In this document: one piece after another, positions 12,144-24,161 of the stretch
Layout: every line of letters begins with the position of its first letter
Numbering within the stretch: position 1 is the first letter of the stretch
From: Eledone cirrhosa
Taxonomy: Eukaryota
Reading direction: 5' to 3'
Length of the DNA stretch: 64,000 bases
Assembly (NCBI GenBank): GCA_964016885.1
Contig: OZ024740.1
Span: forward strand, 348,936,001-349,000,000
Program-made: the position numbers and the translations under genes
The notes under the pieces: model-generated
What the model saw: the letters and a program-made list of their open reading frames with translations, nothing else
What the model was told of the DNA's origin: nothing
Databases searched by the model: none

Positions 12144-12392
12144 ATACATTTTATATTATTTGTCAACAGTTATTCCGAAATGAACAGTTATTCTTTCAAG
12201 ACGAAAATCTCTTCTAAAAAAACCAGCTTATTTTGCCAGGTCTTAGGTACGGTTGATTACAATGAAGCAACATTTTTTGTTATATTTCAAAATAGGAAAA
12301 GTACATTTGACGAAAAATACTGTTAACGAAAATGTACTAATAATAGAACTATTGGTGGGAAATAAATATGTTTTAAGTGGACAAGCAGTATA

Positions 12393-12496
12393 ATGAACAT
12401 TAAAGTAAGTAACTTTCGTTCAATAATAACATCATATATTTCTGTATGAATCTATGTTTGCCACCCTTTATATATATATATGTGCATATATATATA

Positions 12497-12580
<84 letters not shown>

Positions 12581-12614
12581 TATAAATACAGACTGGTTGG
12601 TCAAGGTGAAGGTG

Positions 12615-12660
<46 letters not shown>

Positions 12661-13444
12661 TTTATATATATATATATATAAATATGTATATATATACGGC
12701 ACTAGACGGAATTGGTCCCTCCCTCATTCACTCTCATCTGGGAGCAGGTTTGTATGGCGCCAGTTTGTGATTTGAACTCGGGAATTTTATATTCTCCGAG
12801 CGAGGAGAACTTTCTGACGAGAATCCCCTTCTCAATGGTGGTCCGCTTGGATTATCCATTTATTTCGGGATTTAAAATTGCGCGGTAAGGGTACGTATAG
12901 TAAGTACGGCGAACTTTTTAAAACTTATTTTAAAACTTTTTCTCTATTTGCTAAACCTTGATTTTATATGTTCTGGCTCGTTAATTTATCAACCTGCCAT
13001 AGAACCACATTGGCATACGGTTGGATAATACTTGTATCCCTATATGTATTTTTTACACGTAGGAACACATACTTTATTATTATTAATCTCTCTAAGGTAG
13101 AGATAACATTTTGGTCGCTTGAACTGCTGGTATTTCTAATGACAGGACATTGACCTGTCCACCCTTGCCTTCTGTATTTACACACGGTACTAGACAGAAT
13201 TGGTCCCTTCCTCATTCACCCTCATCTGGGAACAGTTTTGTATGGCGCCAGTTTGTGATTTGAACTCGGGAATTTTATATTCTCTGAGCGAGAACAACCT
13301 TCTGACGAGAATCCCCTTCTCAATGGTGGTCCGCCAGGATTATCCATTTATTTTGGGATTTGAAAACGCGTGGTAAGGGTACATAAGGTACGGCCAACCT
13401 TTTAAAATTTATTTTAAGACTTTTTCTCTATTTGCTAAACCTTG

Positions 13445-13507
<63 letters not shown>

Positions 13508-13848
13508 AAACAGATGAAGTCAAAAATGCAACTGGAGTCTTTTTTAAAAGAATATATATATATTTATTTGGTTCCGTTACCGGTTTCGCAGTTCTTCTGC
13601 TTTTCAAAAGTACAGTTGAGATGTAGGGTGTGTCGTTTTTCTCCCTGATGTGAGAATAACTACAGACCCTCTATCTCAACTCTACTGAAAAGCAGAAGAA
13701 CTGCGAAACCGGTAATGGAACCAAATAAATAAATATATATTTTTTTAAATAAAACTCCAGTTGCATTTTCGATTTCATCTTTTTTTCTTTATACTTTCAC
13801 TCGTGTAGGACACCTCGGTTATTTTTCATCTTGTAAAGAAAACCTCAC

Positions 13849-13932
<84 letters not shown>

Positions 13933-15156
13933 TTGAAAAATAACCGAGGTGAAACTATAAAGAAAAAAAGATGAAATCTAAAATGCAACTGGAGTCTTAT
14001 TTTTAATGGGTAAATTTTATGTCGTCATTTACAAACAATTATTCATAAGGATTTCTGTTGTCACTCAATTTTTATTTTTTATAAATAGTCTACGTTATTG
14101 AAGGAAAGAACAAATCGTATAATATATATTTATATTTCCTCTTATTTACGATGTTCTCAACGTTTACAAAAGAACAGTACGATTATATCTTATTCACAAC
14201 GTGAATCCAAACACAAAATGATATAGAATTAATGAATCTAGAAGAAATTATGTTGTATTTCGTATATAAACACTGACTAATAAAATATTTCGACTTAATT
14301 TAGAATGTAACACTGATTTCAAAGATCTTTTATAAATGAAGTCAACAAATCTCTAACTGTTGCATAATTTAAAATAACTATGTCTCCGTTTGTAACTAGA
14401 ATTGCTTATATAAAAAATACCACATATCTCCAGCACATCTCAATTCTCGATACTTTCTTATATTTATATTTGTTTTCTCAAACATCCTTCAAACATCCGC
14501 AGGAGGAAATATTGTAGCAGAAGCTATGTTTTCTCAATAACATGATTAACATAGTTCCTATCAAATTGATATTTATATCGACAGTAATCTAGTTTTCTTA
14601 CATTGGATTAATATTTTCTTTCTTACAGAGTCTTATCCAGATAGTAATCATGATGTTCAACTACATCTTCATCACGTCTTCGGCACCAATGCAGGGGCAA
14701 TGTGAAATACCAACTGATTTGAAAGTCCACTACGAGAATTTATCTAGTGCAGCCATTGGCAACAATTTTTTTCTACCGGCTGAAATGGCTCCAGCAGAAA
14801 GTAATCATCCTATACTCACAGACGGAGATAAAACTTGTCCAACATCTGCTGTTTCCTCTGATATCATCAGTGAACGTTCAACTTGCCCTTGGTACCTGAA
14901 GATTACCCATAATTCAACAGTCTTCCCTCCATCACGTACAGAAGTAGTGTGTCGTTGTACAGACTGTCTAGGCTCTGACAACAATCACCAATGTGTGGCA
15001 GTGTATACTAAAATGACAGTCCTCAAACGTACAGATAAATGTGTTGATGGTCTGTATGTGTATAGTCCAAGTGTAATAGATGTGGCAACAGCCTGTGTTT
15101 GTACACGGAAAGTTGATGTGATAACTGAGGGAAATGGAAACGATTATGAGTCGTAA
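12393..15156 (+). CDS. IL17: Interleukin-17-like cytokine, copy 2 (exon 1 12393-12404, exon 2 14629-15156; 179 aa)
   Basis: Same motifs. Spliced N-terminus MNIK|[20 protein letters not shown]; ends DYES*. Confidence 0.9.
12809..12892 (+). ncRNA. Hammerhead motif, tandem partner of 13297-13380, with core G12 changed to A
   Basis: CUGACGA and stem II intact, but AAAA replaces GAAA. Confidence 0.55.
13297..13380 (+). ncRNA. Type-I hammerhead motif with extended stem II, in the IL-17 copy 2 intron; predicted site after A13375
   Basis: ACCUU-CUGACGA-GAAUCCC...GGGAUUU-GAAA-ACGCGUGG-UA/AGGGU. Core intact; stem III imperfect relative to the inferred palindrome ACCGCGCGGU. Confidence 0.7.
13503..13990. 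repeat. Fold-back insert in an intronic (TA)n tract (paralogs 10110-10530 and 23885-24125)
   Basis: About 110-bp inverted arms around a spacer; hammerhead-like string (C/U)UGAAAA-GCAG(AAGAA)CUGC-GAAACCGGUA. Confidence 0.75.
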
Positions 15157-18100
15157 AGCAATCAACTACCAACTTTTAAACTGCGATGTAACGCGAAGGT
15201 TTCTCATAATATTATGAATATTTCTTGGCCACCATGTGGTTATTATATTTTTATATCTTTTTACTTCTTTTATCAATATATATCACAAATATTTGTATAT
15301 TTAAGACAATTAACAAGTACTAGGAATATAGGAAGGTGTTTTTAATCAGTAATGATATACTTTTCATAGATTGCAATTGTGCCTTTGTAAATCATAAATA
15401 TATATGGTATTATATATATATATAATATTATTAAAGTTGAAATCATTTTATTACAAAGTATTTAAATTCCTCAGCCAGAATTATTTATATTGAAATATTA
15501 TAAGCGTAAATAATGTTTTTTTTATTTACATATATATTTCCACATAAAATCAAATCATATATGGCTGTATAGTTTTATAATTATATTTTTAATCACAAAT
15601 AATCTGTAATAAATTAAAATTATTATTGTATATATGTCGTATAATGGACATGCTTATATTTTCTTTCGTTGTATCTATTTATATTTACATATCATTTATT
15701 ACATTTAAATGAAAACATGAAACATTTTGCAATTTGTAGTTTTGTGTTAAAAGTTTCCACTTTTATTTCAGTGAAACTCATTTATATGACACTAATTTCT
15801 TCATGTTTGAATTGATTTGGAAGACTTTCATGTTGCAGTCAATTCAAGTTGAACGTGTATATTCTATGTTGTAATTTAGTCATTTTACCAGATACAAATT
15901 AATAAGTAACACGAGTAATTTATTTGTGTCATATACATATATAAACATATTAGACTTGTATATGAAAGCATATATTATGATTAGAAAAAATAAATAAACG
16001 AGAGACTCGCTCTCAAATATAGAAATATTTTTTTCGGTTTTTTTATATGAAGTTAATATGTCACAGATAACTCAGTAGATGTTGAGAATACGAGGCAGCT
16101 GTTTCAGGAGTCGTTAATCTCTCATCAGTGACATGAACTGTACTGAGATGAAAATAGACGAGAGCCTTTATAGATTTTGCGTAGTGAGCATTTGGTGCAG
16201 TTGCACATTTACATATAGTAAATAGCACACATAGGCTGCAAATGCTTATTTTCATATCATTCGAAATAGGATGGCAGTAAAACTAACATAGCGTTAAGCA
16301 TACTAGGGTTATGTATGAATGTATACATTATATATTTGCCTACAATAAACATACGCCAGTTCTGTAAATATGTAAATACTAACTATGATGAGGGCACTGG
16401 TTATATCAACGAATATGTTTGACCTGTGTTATTCTCCGAGTAAGTACCATGAGAATTATCCAACAATATACTTCAAGCGTGTGACGATAGTTATCGTTAT
16501 ATGGATATGATATATTTAAAATGGATTTTCCATATATAAATATCGTTTGTGCTTCTCTTTCTTTGAAAACTGGCACCAGGTGCATTACTAATATGTTAAC
16601 CCTTTTGCATTTAAAACAGCCAAAATTCACTCTCCTCTATCTTTTCAAACCAGATGTAACTGGTCACTCATACTATTGTTGGTAACTAAAGCCGTTACCA
16701 GGAAAATATAATAATATATAGAGAGTCATGTAAATGCAGAGTAAAAATAGATTTTCGTTTCATTCTTCATAAAACGATCATTGAAATCCATCCATTTATT
16801 TGCTATTAATTCTGGATAGGCATGTTAGAAATGATCTTGAAGACAGAACTTTCACACTTGTTCTTCATATGTGTACAGGGCTATGTCAATTATCCACCCT
16901 TATAATTATAATTTTGCTATCTCATTAGAAAATGCATGCTGATGTACTCGTTTAAACATTCTCCTTGGTACACTCTTTTGTATAGATCTTCTGGCTTAAT
17001 AGATATCTGTGTACTTTTTAGCGCATAGATCTTTTAGGCATAATGTGATATAGATTACAGAGCGTTCTTACTTTCCATTTTTATTCAATATATTTTGGTT
17101 TTGTCTGTCTGTAATTCATGGTTTTCAAAAGCCATTGGAAATGCCTGCTGAAGGACATACCTTTATGAATCGTCCAGTCATTACTTTCGAGTAACCTGTC
17201 AACAAATCTATTTATTGTGGAATGGATGAAGGTCGCACAGCGAACGTGGGCTTCAGTTAAGGGTGATCTTAACTGTCCATATCTAAGGGTGATGCTGTCG
17301 GACATTAAAGTGTTCCTTTTTCCCAAAGTATCCAGTGCAAAATCATTGACGCCGGGATGAAATATGGTGACAGGAAGGCTACCTATGAAACCCAATAATA
17401 GTAACGGAAACTAAACAACTCGATACCAGTCCTCTATCCCGAAGAAGGTTTGCTGCTCTTTCACGAGATTGATGTAATCAAAATATTGTCTTAATATTGC
17501 TTAGACACTTATAACCACACAGTCGGACGTGATAGCAACGTACTGGGCATTTATAGCAATGCGAACAGAGAAGTGTTTCAGACATAAGTGTTTCAGATAG
17601 CTTCTGCACATCATTTACACTGAGAAGACAGAAATCACTCCATGCTACTGTGCAAAGTCAGGAATTCACCAAGTATCTTACCACGAAAACCAGCATTAAA
17701 CCATCATTCAGAACACGTTTATTAGAAAGCAAAGACAGTACTAACTAAATTCTGGTTCAATAGCACAAAAAACTGAACATGTCACAACACCGAAACCAAT
17801 CTATGCATGTCGGCAAATAGAAATCAGTAGTGACGGTCGCTCTAAACATATTTTGAATTGTACCTTTACGACTGGCTGTAATAGTTGCTATGACTAGAGA
17901 ATAATGATAAAGATGTTTAGTTACTATATATTATATTTTGACTTCAGGTTTTACACTTTTGATTTATTTCCTTCTTATCTAAATGTTTGTCATCATTTTA
18001 AGTTGTGCTTTACATATACATTTAAGTTTCCTTATTAAACAAACAGTTACCGTTTGTCTTCTAAAACTATTGAACGTGCCACTGCTGCTATATTCTGTAA

Positions 18101-18305
18101 TTATATGTTAAGGATTCAGATCCCTTTTCATAGATTTTTGATGTTCTGTCTAAACACTAGGACGTCAATGTAATAAACTGCTCATCCATTTGATTACAGT
18201 GAAGCTGTACATTATTACATATGCGGCCAGTGCATTGATACCTACTGTGTTATATCAAGCACGTGTTTATTTTTAATCGTTGTTTGACTATGGTTTAAAC
18301 AATAA

Positions 18306-18492
18306 TTGTTTCTACTTTAGGCACAAGGCGAGCAATTACCCATAGCATTACTGGTACTTTGTTTTATCGACCCCGTAAGGATGAAAGGCAAAGTCAACCT
18401 CGGCGGGATTTGAACTCAGATCGTAAAGGGACGTAACTATGCTGGAAAGCATGGCGTCCGACCCTCTACCGATACTGCCAATCCACCGCCCT
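18306..18492 (-). mobile_element. SINE, same family, TSD TTAAACAATAAT (also at 28830-29005; absent from the paralogous site near 5915)
   Basis: Sequence match and flanking direct repeat. Confidence 0.85.
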
Positions 18493-18625
18493 TCTTAAAC
18501 AATAATCTGAACACGTTATTTGTCAACTACTATTCCGAGATGAAGTTATTGAAGTTATTTGTATCTTCTAGAATAAACACTATTCTAATTTACTAAAAAT
18601 AGAAATACTGCGGAATCAATAGAAA

Positions 18626-21365
18626 CTTTTTTTTTTCAATCAAATAGGTTTATTACTTTGCCTAGTAATCCGTATGTGAGCATAAGGCGTCCCACGTGCT
18701 GGCTTCCCCACAGCCCCGGTGGACAGGATGGAGGCGTTTCCCCGGAGGATGGTAAGGGAGAGGCGCTAGAAGAGCCATTCCAACTCGCGAGGCTCACACC
18801 TGCGGCTGGCTAGCTCAGCGCCGATGGTGGTGAACAGGGAGTTAACCCTAGTGCCAAGGATACCAGAAGTCTCCTGGCTATTTACCGTACCCTCGGTCCA
18901 GCCACACCGGCTTGAGCTGAGAGGGGAAGACTGCAGCGTTCAAGCCATGCTTAATGACCTCGTTGAGGGCAGCATGGCCTGCAAGGCAGCCGGCACTGTG
19001 GTGACAGGAAAGCTGGTGGAGTCCGAAAGAGTCCACGGTGGATCCACAGCGACATTTATGTGACACGCAGATCCGGTGTCCAAGCCTCAAGGAAACGCCG
19101 ATGTGCAGGCTATCGTTATCCAATTGCGTGCCAGTGGAGAAGGAGGGCACGGCATGGAGCCAGGCAACACTGTGAGGTTTGGAGGCCACGCGAAAACAGG
19201 CAAGGCTGTGCTAGTCGAGCTGACGCGTGAGCCTGTCTAAGGCCAGATTGCACTGGATGACATCCCATATGCTTTGCGGGGACTTGACGTCGGCAGAGGG
19301 AGAAGGAGCAGGTTGTCTACCTGTGTCAACCTGTGCCAACCTGTCCCACGTCTCACAGCCGATCTCACATTCCCTGAACACACAGGACCCTGCTGACGAG
19401 GACACGGCATGAGGTACCGATGAAAGAAACACCGGCAAAGCCAGTGAGATCGAAGGCCGCCATAACTGAGAGGTAAAATTGCATGTTGCCATCCAATATC
19501 ACCAAACCTGACGTTGCATATATCCTCAGCTGCCGCTCGGATACAAGTATCGAGGTGAGTGAGGATATATTTGTGGCGGTAGCACGGAGCGCTGCGAATG
19601 GTTTAGAGGAGCTTCGGCATGGCGAAGCAGTTCCTCAACAGGAAGAGAGCTGGGTGACCGTCGATCAAGCTCAGTCGGCTCATGAGAGTCTGTAATTGTT
19701 GGAGCCTAGACCGGATGGTGAAGCGGATATCCAACTAGTGCATTGGTGATCCGAGGATGAGGACAACCTCTTTGGGGGTCACTTGTACCCAGTGGAGAAT
19801 GGACTTCACGTCTAAGACGGAGGCTGTAAAGCTCTCAGCATCATAGCTGACATTCATCGACTACAACTTGGACCTGGAGGACGATTCCGGCCAGGGTAGG
19901 AACCACCGATTCAAGGTCATGTCAGACAGTCTCCACAGGCCCGCCCAGCGCAACATCATCCAGGTACCACACGTTGAGAGGGACCATTATACTCCGGGCA
20001 ATGTGGTCTGTACCATGTGCAAACATGAGGGGGCCCAAAGAGTCGCCCTGTTGGAAACCAGTGGCCGAGGGTATGACCGTGTCAGCAGCAAGGAGCATGC
20101 TGGGGGCTCCATATGACAAGTAGGCCAGCGGGTAGGCGGAGGGGCGTCGGCTGAGGCAGGAATTGAGAAGATGGTCCCAGCGTATGCAGTTAAAGACATT
20201 CCTCATGTCAAGCTTGAAAATGATGAGGTGCCTGGAGTTCCTGGATGCAGGTTCCGGTGGCAGCTATAGAAGAACTGCCTGGGTGCATATCCGGCCCGCT
20301 TACAGCCACCGGACACACCGACACCCAGTTTCACAGGACTGAACTCCTCACCCAGTTCAGGTGACATGGACCTGCAGACCATCTTAACAGCCAGCCTCCT
20401 TAAGACATTACCCACAGCGATGGGGCGTATACCACCCTCTTTCTTCCTGAAAGCCTTCTGGCTAGCCGAAAAAAAGAGGCCTCAGGCGTGAAGATTTCGG
20501 CCACCATATAGAAGCCTATTGGTGAGCGCCACAACTGCACACAGAAGGTGATGCCCGGCCTCAGTGGAAAGGGTGGGGCTAGCAACTCCTTGAGGTGGCC
20601 TGCTCGGAGACCATCAGCACCTCCGCTGCAGCTAGTTGCGAAGGACTTGATGGCAGACATGACGTTTGCGTCAGAAGCTACAAGGAGCAGCTGAGGATCG
20701 GGTGGGGGTATGGGTCGGAGGTCAGCGGGTGGCTCAGGTTGCTTCAGTCGCATGGCATCCAGGACCTCCTCTGTTGGTTGGAGGATGGTGTCCTCTGAGG
20801 CAACCACTCTGTCTCCGGCCTTGACATCAGCCATGATAAGTTTAGCGTTTACGCGGTCAGGCAAACGCTTGGCGTTGGCCTCAGAGGTGAAGGATTTGAG
20901 GCACCCAAGAGCAGGGGTTGTGGCGTCCTTCGGCACGCTTGGATTGGGCGTTTTCCCAAAGGGCGTAATATTGGCCTTAATAAAGGCTGCTGTCGAGAGG
21001 CCGCCTCGGTCAGCGCCAGAGCTGGGGAGGCCGAGGATGAGTGGGGTGAAATCGAAGAAGCGCTCCCAGTAGCTGGCTCAATTGGAGTCCAGAGCTCTCT
21101 CGATCGAGGAAGCGAGGGCATCGGCTACAGGCACACGGGCCCATGTCGAGATCCTGAGCGGAATCTTCCGGAGACGTCTGAACCGAGCGATGTTGACAAA
21201 CGATGCTTGGGCATCAGGTAAGCTCGTTGTCTCATCTGGTGGAGTACCAGATGGCCGTGGATGGGCAGTCGAGGGGAAGAGACAGTTTCTGCATCTCCGC
21301 GTTGTGAGGGCAGTGGAAGCTCGACGCGTCAAGCCAACACAGGTGAGGTGGTGGAAGTAGCCGCA
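18626..21365 (-). mobile_element. Degraded RLE-type non-LTR retrotransposon (CRE-like)
   Basis: RT motifs GNVLRRL, DMRNVFN, GFQQGDSLGP and WYLDD; CRCG...HQLSC zinc motif; AATAAA and poly(A) at the minus-strand 3' end. Many frameshifts and a deletion in the endonuclease. Confidence 0.85.
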
Positions 21366-21371
21366 CCCCGA

Positions 21372-21695
21372 AATAAAGTATCAGTAATGTACTGGTTAAT
21401 TACTGGCCTTGTGCCAAAAGTAGAAACAATTATTTCAACTGCAAATGACAGAATTGGTAGAGGGTCGGACACCATGCTTTGCAGCAAAGACTTACGGCCC
21501 TTTCCATTCTGAGTTCAAATCCCGCTGAGGTTAATTTTGCCTTTCATCCTTACGGGGTCGATAAAATAAAGTACCAGTAATGCACTGGTTATTGCTGGCC
21601 TTGTGCCAAAAGTAGAAACAATTATTTCAACTGCAAAGCACCAGTAATGCACTGGAATAATTGCTGGCCTTTTGCCAGAAGAGGTAATAATTATT
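21372..21695 (+). mobile_element. SINE tandem fragments
   Basis: Partial, near-full and tail copies. Confidence 0.8.
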
Positions 21696-22769
21696 TCAAC
21701 AGCTTCCATAATACGTCTCTGCTGTTTGTCCTTTCATTATACATTCTATCCACATATACTTACTATAGATGTAAGTTCTCAATGTGGTGGGGAGATGGCT
21801 GGTATTGACGTATGTCTATAATCTTCTACATACACATCCTATCGAATACAGCAAATACTTCCAAGAGAGCATATGTCGCTACCTTCTATTCGTGAGGATA
21901 TATTTTTGGTCAACTTTCGTGAAGTTTATGCACATCTAAGGTAAAATTAGGCGCAATTGCTGGTGCTCGACACACAAATTTAATTATGTCGAATTACTAT
22001 CATTTATTCGAATATAAATACTAAGGTATTGATATAAAGACTTAAGAGCAACAAGAAGCTTTCTATCGATCCGATACTATTGTAGGAACTTCAACAAAAG
22101 ATACCGTGAACGGTGATCTTATGCCTTTTTGAACAGAAGCAGAAAGCTTTTGGAAATATTCCAATGGATTCTCAAAGAGATGCCACAGAGTGAATATTTG
22201 GTCGGCTCTACTACGTCCGCAGCGGAAAGTACACTGTCCGTCAGCCAGCTTCGACTGAAAGATATGCCTTCATCTCTTTTCCCGACACTTAACTTCGACT
22301 TTACGAACGTTGTGTGACATAAGAAGAAAGAATTCATATTATTTGTAAACAGTTATTCCGTAATGAAGATAATTTTTCCTTCAAGACGAAAACCTCTTCT
22401 AATAAAGTCCCTTTATTTTGCCAGATGATAGTCACATTTTTTGTTATATTTAGAAGTAGAAAACTAGTTTTCTTATATTTAAAAATAGAAACTATTGATG
22501 AAAATGTACTAATAATAGAATTATCGGGGAGAAATAAATGTTTTAAGCTACCTGTTTATCAAGGAAATCTAGTTTGTGACTCAACACACCTTAAAAGATA
22601 GAGGATTGTGTGTCCTGGTAAAGTTAACTCCTCCCATACAGGAACTATTAGTAGATGTATGGGTCATATAATATTTGTATAATTCTTACAACTGATACGA
22701 TAACACTAGATTCATTCCCACACCAGATGTGTATTAGTTCCGTCCGAATGTCATCCATTCATAAATTCA

Positions 22770-22825
22770 AATGTGTAAGGTCATATTGAAATTACTTTTC
22801 CGGTTTCAAAAGTTATATATATGTG
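22770..22825 (+). promoter_or_regulatory. Putative proximal promoter of IL-17 copy 3 (TATA-like box 22814-22821, preceded by TTTTCCGG)
   Basis: Position conserved about 125-150 bp upstream of the ATG in copies 3, 4 and the otherwise divergent copy 5. Confidence 0.55.
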
Positions 22826-22937
22826 TGTAATCTTAAGATCAAACATATTAATAAAAGGGTACTTCAGCTGAGCATCGAAAACACCCAGGTTGTATTTGAA
22901 AATATATCTTTCGATATCCAAGTGGACAAGCAGTATA

Positions 22938-23005
22938 ATGAACATTAAAGTAAGTAACTTTCAATAATAATATCATATATTTCTGTATGAATCTATGTGT
23001 GGAAG

Positions 23006-23086
<81 letters not shown>

Positions 23087-23570
23087 GTCAAATTCCGTGT
23101 TTACATGTCCATTGTAGTACCAACAGCGATATATGCCTCTGAGACATGGAAGAGTACGGAAAGAATATGTAACAAGCTTGATGTATTCAACCGTCGTTGC
23201 ATTCGGACCATATTGAAATTCTCATGGAGAGACCAAGTTAGCAACGAGGAAGTGATGAGGAGGTCAGGATTGAAGAGGTTAAGGGACATTGTCCGGAAAA
23301 GGAGACGGCGGTTCGCGGGCCACATCCTTCGTGTGCGCGCATATCGAACTTCTCATATTGCCATGGATTGGGTACCAGAAGGTGGCAGGAGAGAACGGGG
23401 AAGACCACGAAAAACATGGCGGAGCACATTCAGGGAGGACCTGCGGAAGATGGGAATTACCTGGAGAGGTGCTAGAAGGGCCGCCAGTGACAGGATCAAG
23501 TGGGGGAAGCTCGTCGCCCAATGGATGACTGGAGGAACTAAGGGACTGGAGGAACTAAGACTAAGACTAA

Positions 23571-23653
<83 letters not shown>

Positions 23654-23830
23654 TTATGTAATAAACAACATTTCATTTACCAGCGGTTTCTGGAAAGCAA
23701 ACAAATTTCGCTTTCAATCATCAGAATGAAAAAACCCTGGTGTATTTATTGACATTGGATTTTAAAACCCACTAGTCCAGAATCAGCCGCCGTCCAGACG
23801 GCATGAGCTCAGCCGTCGGGGTCCTACACG

Positions 23831-23891
<61 letters not shown>

Positions 23892-24119
23892 AAAAAGAGA
23901 TGAAATCGAAAATGCAACTGGAGTCTTATTTTTTTTTTAAATATATATATTTATTTGGTTCCTTAGGTTGAGACGTCTCAACCTAAGGAACCAAATAAAT
24001 ATATATATTTTTAAAAGAAATAAGACTCCAGTTGCATTTTCGATTTCATCTCTTTTTCTTTATACTTTCACTCGTGTAGGACACCTCGGTTATTTTTCAT
24101 TTTGTAAAAAAAACCTGAC

Positions 24120-24161
<42 letters not shown>

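Noticed and set aside
11706-12183. Poly-L/F/R ORFs (also 36371-36915)
   Set aside because: These are (GAA)n tracts fused to an RTE fragment.
15250-15800. AU-rich elements in the 3' UTR
   Set aside because: ATTTA motifs are present but not distinguishable from the very AT-rich background.
16900-17800. Possible CR1-like RT in the duplicon 3' flank (paralogs about 6560-7300 and 27550-28300)
   Set aside because: Only faint FQKA-like traces; too degraded to call by eye.
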